A DNA stretch of 44,154 bases from a virus (lineage: Duplodnaviria > Caudoviricetes): the IMG/VR virus record IMGVR_UViG_3300033407_000038, positions 1 to 44,154 of that record. One strand, written 5' to 3'. Positions 8,678 to 16,213 of this stretch are shown here, one piece after another (position 1 is the first letter of the stretch; each line of letters starts with the position of its first letter). A model generated the notes under the pieces. The model saw nothing but the letters and a program-made list of their open reading frames with translations, made no database searches and was not told where the DNA came from. The translations under genes and the position numbers were made by a program.

Positions 8678-9546
8678 CCCATCCTTTTTATATCTTCTTT
8701 CCAGTCTTCAGGCCATGAAGGCATACTAGGAAACTTATAATCTATAAACCACTCAAAATCGTGTACTCTGCCTTCCCATCTATTGTTTAACCAATACTCA
8801 GCGCTCCAATTACTAGCTTCTACTGTACCGCCTGGGAATTTATAGAACCTGCCGTACCTTCCGCCCTTGTGTAGGTGGGCATACCAAGTCTTTTTATTTA
8901 CTTTCAAAGCTCCGCCACCTAACCATGTCTTAAATCCTATCTCCTGGGACTCTTGAGCGAATTGACCATATCCCACCTCACTCAAACCTCCTAAGAACTT
9001 TACAAAATGATTCTTTGACATAAAATAACAAGACCCTTGCATGCTAGGTGTATCGTCTATATCAGCGTCCCTCCCAGGTCTTTTCCAGGGTACTCCGTGC
9101 ATACCATCATCATGAGCCTTACCTTTTCTGGGGTAGTCAATGTACATGTAGTCTATTGGGTATTTATTATCCGTTCTCTTCTCAATTGCCCAATTCTCCG
9201 CATCTAGGGCGTAGCGTCTTGGGATAATAACCCAATTATCTTCACAATCGGTTTTTAATATTTCATCAAAACCCTTACCAAAAAGCACGTGATCGTCACA
9301 TTTCATGATAAATTCACCCTGGGACAGATCTACGGCCTTATTTATCCCTGAACGCATACCAATAGGGGATGGACTGTGTATGTAATGGACTCTGGGATCA
9401 GTCGATAGAGGCTCAGGCCACTTCATTTCAACATTGACAATAACCTCTATGTCGCCAGTAGAATTATCTAAAACACCTTGAATCGTCTTAGAAGCAAATG
9501 GTGAATTGTAATTAGGGATAACAACACTTACTCTTCCTTTTATCAT
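8665..9546 (-). CDS. GT-A glycosyltransferase (GT2 / ppGalNAc-T-like); probable start 9546
   Basis: VSVVIPNYN, KCDDHV (DxH), PSMQGSCYFM, YGQFAQESQEIGFKTWLGGG, YAHLHK. Confidence 0.88.
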   Translation of the reverse strand: MIKGRVSVVIPNYNSPFASKTIQGVLDNSTGDIEVIVNVEMKWPEPLSTDPRVHYIHSPSPIGMRSGINKAVDLSQGEFIMKCDDHVLFGKGFDEILKTDCEDNWVIIPRRYALDAENWAIEKRTDNKYPIDYMYIDYPRKGKAHDDGMHGVPWKRPGRDADIDDTPSMQGSCYFMSKNHFVKFLGGLSEVGYGQFAQESQEIGFKTWLGGGALKVNKKTWYAHLHKGGRYGRFYKFPGGTVEASNWSAEYWLNNRWEGRVHDFEWFIDYKFPSMPSWPEDWKEDIKRMGWTN

Positions 9547-9983
9547 ATCCAATAAAACTCCTCTCCTTTTTTACGAGCCTCTATTGCTTGTTCTATTTTG
9601 TCAAAAATACCCAGATGTATCTTTTTATAATTAACAAATATAAAAGCTGTCCACTTATTCCTTTTCTCCCAGAACCAAACCCCCTTGCACCCTGACTTAT
9701 TGTTGATCTTCAGTCCAGTGTTTCGCATATTTTCAATTCTATTAACTAGTCTTAAGTTTTCTCTCCTATTATCTAATTTGTTTCTATTTATGTGGTCTAC
9801 CTCTAATCCTTTGGTGGTTGTTGGCAGTATTACCTTATGCATGTATTCTTTTCCCTTAGGATAAAGAGTCCTGCATGCATAGCCGACTGTATTGTCGAAT
9901 TTCCACTTAAATTTAATCAGATGCTCACAGTCTTCGGGATCTACTAGTGCATATTTACCTTGTGTCAATTCAATTTGTTTCAT
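9543..9983 (-). CDS. HNH homing endonuclease with C-terminal AP2-like DNA-binding domain
   Basis: VDHINRNKLDNRRENLR, NKSGCKGV, KWTAFI...HLGIF...AIEARKK. Confidence 0.9.
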   Translation of the reverse strand: MKQIELTQGKYALVDPEDCEHLIKFKWKFDNTVGYACRTLYPKGKEYMHKVILPTTTKGLEVDHINRNKLDNRRENLRLVNRIENMRNTGLKINNKSGCKGVWFWEKRNKWTAFIFVNYKKIHLGIFDKIEQAIEARKKGEEFYWI

Positions 9984-10218
9984 TTACCACCCAATCATTA
10001 GCATACATATCCCCATCGTTGATACTCCAGGTGTGAAATTGACCCTTAGTGTAAATTACTAACCAGCCGTCTTTTATAAAACAGTAATCAGAATTACCCC
10101 AAGAAACTCTAGATACTTGCTTGCCGTCTATAATCCTAGACATAGCATCTGGGAAATCCATAGTTCGTGGCTTGTCTTTAACCATTTCAGGTGTTATTGC
10201 CTCACTCATCAAACTCAC
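9970..10218 (-). CDS. DUF2829 / Thoeris anti-defence Tad2-like protein
   Basis: MDFPDAM...GKQVSRVSW...WSINDGDMYANDW matches the DUF2829 pattern (F.eAl...GkkV.R..W ... W.ps..Dm.a.DW). Confidence 0.7.
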   Translation of the reverse strand: MSLMSEAITPEMVKDKPRTMDFPDAMSRIIDGKQVSRVSWGNSDYCFIKDGWLVIYTKGQFHTWSINDGDMYANDWVVNETN

Positions 10219-10372
10219 CCACTTTCGAGGTAGAAGCGCTTGACTTCTTAGCCTGTAGGCGCTCTACATAATCGTCTAATGCAAGTCTAGCGTGTTCTGA
10301 GAATGTTGTTTCAGAAAAACTCTTAAGAAATGTTATGTGGGATTCTTTAACGTAAATATGTTTCAGTACCAT
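10202..10372 (-). CDS. Small ribbon-helix-helix-like DNA-binding protein (56 aa, not in the ORF track)
   Basis: MVLKHIYVKESHITFLKSFSETTFSEHARLALDDYVERL...; the ATG lies 6 nt after a -10 box. Confidence 0.6.
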   Translation of the reverse strand: MVLKHIYVKESHITFLKSFSETTFSEHARLALDDYVERLQAKKSSASTSKVGEFDE

Positions 10373-10378
10373 GTATTT

Positions 10379-10407
10379 AGTTTATACACGTACTGACTCT
10401 TTGTCAA
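10379..10407 (-). promoter_or_regulatory. Sigma70-type promoter TTGACA-N17-TAAACT at the head of the RHH/Tad2/glycosylation operon (leaderless)
   Basis: Perfect -35 box, 17-nt spacer, ATG 6 nt downstream. Confidence 0.75.
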
Positions 10408-11277
10408 CTATGGGAAGCTGATTGAGGCGGAAGGACTCAAAGAAGCTGAAGGTGAAGCTGAGGCTGATGGACTGTATGAGGCACTTGCAGACCTAGAGGC
10501 ACTACCAGACGGAGAGGCTGAAGCCGAAGGGCTAAGCGAAGGGCTAACTGATGGAGATTCGCTAGGTGATGCACTCCTGCTAGCTGACGCTGAAGGAGAA
10601 GCACTAGCCGATGGGGATAGCGATTTAGAAGCCGAAGCCGAGGGAGAAGCGCTAGCGCTAGGTGATAGCGATTTAGAAGCCGATGCAGAGGCTGAGGCAG
10701 AGGGACTTGCGCTTTTAGATGCAGACCTTGAGGCGGAAGCTGAGGCGCTTCTACTGGCAGACGATGATGGGCTAGCAGACTTAGATTCTGAAGCTGAGGC
10801 TGATGGGCTAGGGCTAACAGAAGCTGAGGCTGAACGACTAACCGATGACGAAGCTGAAGCTGAAGCTGATCGACTTGCAGAGGCTGACGGTGACAATGAA
10901 GGAGAATCAGAAGCAACTTCAGGTAGAGGGGTTGTCCAAATTGCAGCCGTTTCTGTTCCAGTATTTATAAAGACATTACCACCAGTATTTCCTAGTTGAT
11001 AAAAGACTGCGCCTTGTTTGAAACCTGCATAACCCGTGGGTAATGTTTCGCCTTGTGCTTCTAAGATATTAGTTGTATCAGTATCTGGGTGAGTTGTTTG
11101 TGGGTCTAGAGTGTAGTCAATATCCCATCTTAAGACTCGGTTGGTTCTATAGGGGTCTAAGGCGGTTAGAAAATTAGCATCAGTGCTTGATCTTAACCCA
11201 CTAGAAATAGACTCAATCCTGGTGAGTTCGTCTTGTGTTAGTCGTGGTAGATCTTTCTTTAATTCAAACCTTGCCAT
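10408..11277 (-). CDS. Putative capsid-decoration protein with a ~165-aa Ser/Ala/Pro-rich (SxSxS) C-terminal tail
   Basis: Two genes downstream of the capsid gene; globular N-terminus followed by [13 protein letters not shown]... repeats. Confidence 0.7.
   Translation of the reverse strand: MARFELKKDLPRLTQDELTRIESISSGLRSSTDANFLTALDPYRTNRVLRWDIDYTLDPQTTHPDTDTTNILEAQGETLPTGYAGFKQGAVFYQLGNTGGNVFINTGTETAAIWTTPLPEVASDSPSLSPSASASRSASASASSSVSRSASASVSPSPSASASESKSASPSSSASRSASASASRSASKSASPSASASASASKSLSPSASASPSASASKSLSPSASASPSASASRSASPSESPSVSPSLSPSASASPSGSASRSASASYSPSASASPSASLSPSASISFP
10411..10910 (-). repeat. Coding Ser-x repeat tract 1
   Basis: Ser at every second residue, with degenerate codons. 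Confidence 0.95.
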
Positions 11278-11288
11278 ATTTTCCTATC

Positions 11289-11350
11289 AAAAAAGCCTAA
11301 TCTTAAAACCTAATGCTCGTTTTATAGTCTTAGGCTCTAGGTCTTAGGCT
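11289..11350 (-). terminator. Putative terminator/attenuator hairpin downstream of the capsid operon
   Basis: AGCCTAA (present twice) can pair with TTAGGCT, which is followed by TTTT. Confidence 0.45.
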
Positions 11351-11365
11351 CGGTGCTTATTTTAT

Positions 11366-11659
11366 TTACTCTACTGATAGAGTATTTATTAACGTTTGTA
11401 CTGCGTGTCCTCCAGGTATAATTTCTTTACCATTGATTGTTGCTCTATCTTCTACTTCGATTATTGCTTCACCTTTTTTAGCTACTGCTTCCTCGAACAT
11501 TTTAACCGTCTTTTCACAACCTTCAATGTTGTCTCCGCTAATATCTGCATCTCTGAGATCATTCAGGGCTGCGAGTAAAAATCTTTCAGCATCGCTCATG
11601 CGAGTCTGTTGATTTTCTAATTCAAGTCGTCTGGTTTTTTGTTTATCAGTGTAAGCCAT
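11366..11659 (-). CDS. Hypothetical protein (head module)
   Basis: 97-aa ORF directly after the capsid gene. Confidence 0.7.
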   Translation of the reverse strand: MAYTDKQKTRRLELENQQTRMSDAERFLLAALNDLRDADISGDNIEGCEKTVKMFEEAVAKKGEAIIEVEDRATINGKEIIPGGHAVQTLINTLSVE

Positions 11660-11666
11660 ATTATCC

Positions 11667-12776
11667 TTAAGCGAATGTCCAGAATCCTTCTGCGGCCATG
11701 TGCCTTCGACTATCTGTTACTTTAGCTCCGTATACAAATAAGTCTTTGTAGGCTGTTCCAAAGTCTCCGATTAGATCCTCTTCCATTCTGGCATCTAATA
11801 CTTTCTCAGCAAAGGTTAGCCACATCTCGTGACCTGCTAGTACATGATAACCATCGCTGTTGTTACCAGTCAAGCGGTTAGACTTGAACACTTTGAATCC
11901 TAGTAATTCGGTGATGAATCCTCTTTTAACCAGCTCTTCATAAACTGCTGGTACGTGTAGGGATACCCCTGTGGCACGGACTAGAGTGTTTTCAAATTCA
12001 GGCGGTACGATTAACCATCTGCCAGTATCGGGTACTGAGTTGTGGCCTTCTGCTTCCGCTTTGTCCAACTTCTCTTTAAGATCTGCTACTTTTTCTAGTA
12101 AGTTACCTGTCGTAATAGATACTGCGGTTGCGGCTTCTATTTCATAGCTCGCACCTGCACTGATTGTTCCGCCAGTGTAGGCTGATGTCGTATCGTCAAG
12201 ATCGTCTTCGATAACAATGTTCTCAGTGTCGGTAAAGGTTTTAACCCTGTACCATGTGGTGTGACCGTCTGCTTTGAAGCCTTTGCCAACCATAGCGGCG
12301 GTGAAAGTAGTGCCAGATCCAAGAACTGCACCAGTGCCAGTGGTAACTGTTACCGTACCAGCGGTTTCTGATGTTCCCAATCTGTTTCCTGCACCTACGT
12401 CTTCATAAAATCCTAGTGCAAAGGTGTCAATGTTTTTCAATCTCTCATTAACCACTTGGTCTACAATAGTAGCGTGGGGATTTTTGATGTAGGATAACCA
12501 TCTTTCCAGGGTTTTCTCTTTCCAGTAGAAAGACTTGTATTGATCTATAATCAGTTGAGAGTTGTTTTCTGTCAAAGAATCTGCAGATAAAGCAGCGTCA
12601 GCGTATGTTTTCTCAGACAATCTATCGAAATTTAAGATGTTCAGCTTAGAACCAACGGCGTTTATTTCACCTTCATAGTCCCTATTAACTATAGAACTAA
12701 TGAGGTCTCTGTCATAGAGTTCCGTCATCAATTTTTGTGAAAAGCCTTCTGCGATTTTTGTTCCGTATGCTGACAT
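11667..12776 (-). CDS. Major capsid protein (HK97 fold, P22-coat-like) with an inserted beta-rich domain
   Basis: Position after the scaffold gene; VNRDYEGEI...GSKLNI, VPDTGRWLIVPP, G.I..LLGFKVFKSN, KDLFVYGAKV. Confidence 0.88.
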   Translation of the reverse strand: MSAYGTKIAEGFSQKLMTELYDRDLISSIVNRDYEGEINAVGSKLNILNFDRLSEKTYADAALSADSLTENNSQLIIDQYKSFYWKEKTLERWLSYIKNPHATIVDQVVNERLKNIDTFALGFYEDVGAGNRLGTSETAGTVTVTTGTGAVLGSGTTFTAAMVGKGFKADGHTTWYRVKTFTDTENIVIEDDLDDTTSAYTGGTISAGASYEIEAATAVSITTGNLLEKVADLKEKLDKAEAEGHNSVPDTGRWLIVPPEFENTLVRATGVSLHVPAVYEELVKRGFITELLGFKVFKSNRLTGNNSDGYHVLAGHEMWLTFAEKVLDARMEEDLIGDFGTAYKDLFVYGAKVTDSRRHMAAEGFWTFA

Positions 12777-12779
12777 GAT

Positions 12780-12813
12780 GGTTAAAGTAATTTATATTTG
12801 ATTTACTTTAACC
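12780..12813 (-). promoter_or_regulatory. Inverted repeat (11-bp stem) immediately 5' of the capsid start codon
   Basis: GGTTAAAGTAA...TTACTTTAACC. Confidence 0.65.
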
Positions 12814-12852
12814 GTCCCGAAGTTGGGGTTTGGAAGTTATGTGGAAATAATA

Positions 12853-12876
12853 TAATAAGTAATTACAGGTTGTCAA
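12853..12876 (-). promoter_or_regulatory. Putative capsid promoter (TTGACA plus AT-rich -10, TATATT or TATTAT)
   Basis: Perfect -35 box in the intergenic region with a 16- or 18-nt spacer. Confidence 0.55.
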
Positions 12877-12884
12877 GTGCCAAT

Positions 12885-13631
12885 TTATAGATCTGTCTTA
12901 ATTTTGCCATCTTTCACCAGTTGTTTCCACTTATTATAGTCAGTTTCTCGTATTTTTCTACCCTCTTCTAGGGATAGTTTGTTGTCTGTTTTACCCGTGT
13001 GTGATGATCCAGCAGTTCCCTTAGGCATCATTTGTCCTTTGTTTTTTACTTGGGCTTTTTTTGCGTTGTATAGAAATCCTGGTATCAAAACGTCGAATTT
13101 GGTGTTAGGGGCGGCAGTAGCATAGATTCTAAGCTCTTCTACCCTACCTTCCAATTCTGGGTATTGAATTAAAGTTTGGGGATCATCTAAGAGTTTGTCC
13201 ACTCTCTCATTCCATTGTTCTAGTTTCTTACCCTCACCCCTGGCTTTTGCTAAATTCTCTTGAAATCTTCTTGCTTTGGTTGCTTGTATGGCGAGTTTGC
13301 GTGAGTAGTCTTCCATGTTCTCCCACTCAGGCCATTCTTTCACCATCTCTTCTTCTGTGGGTTCGGGGATTTGTGAGGATTGATCTATAACCTCGTTTAT
13401 CTTTTTGTTTTCAGTTGCAATCCTTTGAGCTTCCCTACTAGACTCTGAAAACTTCTTCTTATAGTCTATTACTGGTTCGCTCTCTTCCTCGGGGGTATCT
13501 TCATTATCTTCTTCGGGGGCTTCTTCTTCCTGGGGTTCATCTTCGGGTTCATTCTCTTCTTCGGGAGATTCCAGTTCTTCCATCGCTTTGTCTAGCTTCT
13601 CTTCAGCTTCTTTTTTGGGATCATTTGGCAT
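12885..13631 (-). CDS. Capsid scaffolding protein
   Basis: Acidic N-terminus, helical body, basic C-terminal helix; lies between portal and capsid. Confidence 0.78.
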   Translation of the reverse strand: MPNDPKKEAEEKLDKAMEELESPEEENEPEDEPQEEEAPEEDNEDTPEEESEPVIDYKKKFSESSREAQRIATENKKINEVIDQSSQIPEPTEEEMVKEWPEWENMEDYSRKLAIQATKARRFQENLAKARGEGKKLEQWNERVDKLLDDPQTLIQYPELEGRVEELRIYATAAPNTKFDVLIPGFLYNAKKAQVKNKGQMMPKGTAGSSHTGKTDNKLSLEEGRKIRETDYNKWKQLVKDGKIKTDL

Positions 13632-13658
13632 AATATCCGTCCTATTACTAGGGTTTGG

Positions 13659-13889
13659 TTATCTTGTTTTTTTAGGTCTACTTCCTCTAACTGGAGGGGT
13701 AGGTGGTACTCTTACTGGGTTTGTTCGTGGGTGACTACCTCTAACTGGCGGCGTGGGTGGAGTTCTGGGAGTTGGTTTAGGACTTGTGGCTAATTCAAAA
13801 GCCTTGCGCCTTGCTGCCATCGCTTGTTCTACTCCCTCTTTGTCGTATGGGAAATTTTTAATGACTCCACCTGCTCTTACTTTAGGCAT
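13659..13889 (-). CDS. Small basic Pro/Arg-rich protein with a duplicated PPTPPVRGS motif
   Basis: ORF track; overlaps the stop of the upstream gene. Confidence 0.6.
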   Translation of the reverse strand: MPKVRAGGVIKNFPYDKEGVEQAMAARRKAFELATSPKPTPRTPPTPPVRGSHPRTNPVRVPPTPPVRGSRPKKTR

Positions 13890-14073
13890 TTTTCTCTTTC
13901 TTTTCAGTTTTCTTCTCGACTTTCTTTTCTTGTAACACGCTCTTATACCTGTCTTTATCGTCTACTGAAAGATATGAGATCCTAGATTTAAGAAAAGCAA
14001 TCTCTTGCTTTGTAAGCTCCCCTGCTGTCTTAGTGCGTATTTTTTGGAGAAATTCCTTTGATCGATCGTCCAT
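13882..14073 (-). CDS. Small basic hypothetical protein
   Basis: ORF preceded by a leaderless promoter. Confidence 0.7.
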   Translation of the reverse strand: MDDRSKEFLQKIRTKTAGELTKQEIAFLKSRISYLSVDDKDRYKSVLQEKKVEKKTEKKEKNA

Positions 14074-14079
14074 ATAAAA

Positions 14080-14108
14080 AGTGTATAGATATTATTTGCG
14101 CTTGTCAA
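14080..14108 (-). promoter_or_regulatory. Promoter TTGACA-N17-TACACT-N6-ATG
   Basis: Consensus boxes read directly from the sequence. Confidence 0.72.
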
Positions 14109-14418
14109 GTGGTGAGGCTATCCCAGATAAGGCTTTTTCTAATTGCTCTTTGGCTCTTTCGGGTGTGGTTAAAAAGGCTTCGATTAACATATAATTCCTG
14201 AGCCTGGCTTTCAAAAATAAATCCTGTTTATTGTTGTTGGAGGTTTTGGTTAGTTCTTGCTCCACCCCACTTCTCATGGCTGAAATGTATTCTTTAATCT
14301 TAGTGGTGGTAACTCTACTCTTTTCTAGGGCTTCAATCCATGAGTTGATTGTTTCTCTTTCAACTGCGTTTAGATCCTCGTACTTTAGATTAAATCGCTC
14401 TAGTAGATTGTCTATCAT
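14092..14418 (-). CDS. Hypothetical helical protein following the portal gene
   Basis: 108-aa ORF in the head module. Confidence 0.75.
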   Translation of the reverse strand: MIDNLLERFNLKYEDLNAVERETINSWIEALEKSRVTTTKIKEYISAMRSGVEQELTKTSNNNKQDLFLKARLRNYMLIEAFLTTPERAKEQLEKALSGIASPLDKRK

Positions 14419-14422
14419 GGGT

Positions 14423-16177
14423 TTATTGTATCATTGGCTGGGTCATTTGACCATTGGGGGGTTGATTGGATGGTTGATTTGGTTGCTGTTCCATTTGTTG
14501 TTCCATCATGGCTTGTTGTTGCATCATCATCATTCTCTGCTTTTCCATTTCAATTATCTCGTTGATCTCCTCAGGTTTAAGTTTGGCAAACTCCAGTAAT
14601 CTTCGTTGATAGATCTCTAGTAACTTAGGATTGCCTGGCATATTGGCTACAACCGCGTTTAATAACTGTAACTCCTCGCTATCCTTGGCATCCTTCTCTT
14701 CCTGACTCCACACCTTAACCTGATATCCTGATTCTGTCATCCAGTCTTTAGGTTCTATCTCTCTACCGTATATGTGGTCGGTGTTTCTGCCTTTCTTATA
14801 AATCTTGACTGAATCTAATTTGTCGTGAGCCGCTTCTATCATTTTAAGGAACTTGTGTCCTCTCTCCTGCCAAGCTGGTGTGTAGAACTTACTCATACCC
14901 TTAATTCGCTCTTTAGCTTCACCTAGTGCCAGTTGTACTTCTCCTAGTGTGATGTTTCGTTCTGTGATATTCCCCTGTTGAGTGGCGGTAGCTCCTGAGG
15001 CTTTCTCTGCTAGTTCAATCACAAACTGCATTTCGTCTAATGACTCTGATAGGTCGGGAATGTCAACCTTTTGGAATACGTCTTGTGGCTTACCTGGAAT
15101 CCCATACCATCCCCAAGGAACGGGATTAAATGTTTGAGGGGCAAAATCACCCTCGCCTGCGCTGGTGTCGTAGTAGTGCATACCAAAACTTCTCAGAGTT
15201 CTGTTCTCTACTAACTGACTAAACCAGGAATTTACTATTTTGTTTGGGGTTCTGATTATATCGGCTATACCATCACTCCAGAAGTCTTGTCGCTCTAAAT
15301 CATCTGCCCATGTGTTATAAGGTAAATGGTCTCTCCAGTAATTGTCCTTAGTTGTGCCGATAACCTCTTCTAATTTCTTTTTCATTAAGATCACTTGGTT
15401 TTCAGCTTCAACATACATCCAAAACTGCTCTCCATCGCCTTCATCCCTTCTAATAAAGTGCAGGGTCAATTCTACGTATGTTTCTCCCAATACTGGGTCT
15501 TGGGCATCGTCTAAGCCTAGATCACTCATTTTACGGCTCTTCTCAGTCAACATTTGCTCGTTATCAGCGTTTTTAATTATTCCTTCCTCACTTCTAAAAT
15601 ACTCTGTTAGTTTCTTAACCTCTTCTTTATCGTAGTCTTCGTTGGCTTTTATAACCGCCAGTGGGGTGAAAATGTGGGTGTGGATTAAGAACCGTGCTGA
15701 GTCTAAGTTTGAAGGGTCGGTGTACCTATCTACCAAAATATCGTGAGGGTCTTGGACGGTAAATACTATCCTACCGTCTATTACTTGAATCTGTATAAAT
15801 GATCTACCAAACATAAAGACTTGTTTTTTATCCACAATGTCCATCTCTGGTAGGCTGTTTTGCTCTGCGGTTACATTCCAATACTCATTCTCGAATACTT
15901 CAGACTCTTCATTGTTGTCTAAGTTCTCAAAGTAAAGTACGGGTAGGTCATCAACGTCTTTTAGCAGAGTCTTGATCGCCTGTTTCATTAAGGGAATGTT
16001 GACCGATTGACGCTGGGTTAAGCGGTTTATAGTTACTTTATCTCTATAAAGAGTGTAATTCTCCAGCCAATCATCTTGTCTTCGTTCACGATAGTTGTAC
16101 CCAGACTGCTTGTTTAGTTTAAGCATCCTGAGTTCCTGGTTCTCTTGCTCTATGCTGTCGATTTGAGTTTCTGCCAT
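14423..16177 (-). CDS. Portal protein (P22-like)
   Basis: 584 aa directly after terL; DPHDILVD, FWSDGIAD, SGATATQQG, Q/M/P-rich tail. Confidence 0.88.
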   Translation of the reverse strand: MAETQIDSIEQENQELRMLKLNKQSGYNYRERRQDDWLENYTLYRDKVTINRLTQRQSVNIPLMKQAIKTLLKDVDDLPVLYFENLDNNEESEVFENEYWNVTAEQNSLPEMDIVDKKQVFMFGRSFIQIQVIDGRIVFTVQDPHDILVDRYTDPSNLDSARFLIHTHIFTPLAVIKANEDYDKEEVKKLTEYFRSEEGIIKNADNEQMLTEKSRKMSDLGLDDAQDPVLGETYVELTLHFIRRDEGDGEQFWMYVEAENQVILMKKKLEEVIGTTKDNYWRDHLPYNTWADDLERQDFWSDGIADIIRTPNKIVNSWFSQLVENRTLRSFGMHYYDTSAGEGDFAPQTFNPVPWGWYGIPGKPQDVFQKVDIPDLSESLDEMQFVIELAEKASGATATQQGNITERNITLGEVQLALGEAKERIKGMSKFYTPAWQERGHKFLKMIEAAHDKLDSVKIYKKGRNTDHIYGREIEPKDWMTESGYQVKVWSQEEKDAKDSEELQLLNAVVANMPGNPKLLEIYQRRLLEFAKLKPEEINEIIEMEKQRMMMMQQQAMMEQQMEQQPNQPSNQPPNGQMTQPMIQ

Positions 16178-16183
16178 AATTTA

Positions 16184-16213
16184 AGATTATAGTATGTTCT
16201 TAACCAAAGGCAA
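16184..16213 (-). promoter_or_regulatory. Promoter TTGCCT-N18-TAATCT-N6-ATG (an overlapping TATAAT is also present) for the portal gene
   Basis: Recurrent motif class. Confidence 0.62.

Noticed and set aside
372-9546. GT/MTase cluster as a DNA hypermodification system
   Set aside because: There is no base hydroxymethylase, TET/JBP or phage polymerase, and the MTases lack DNA-MTase motifs. Not formally excluded, but less well supported than protein glycosylation.
372-9546. Captured host O-antigen/capsule locus or serotype-conversion cassette
   Set aside because: No flippase, polymerase, GtrAB or membrane-bound GT is present, no integrase is recognisable, and the cluster is embedded in the virion module.
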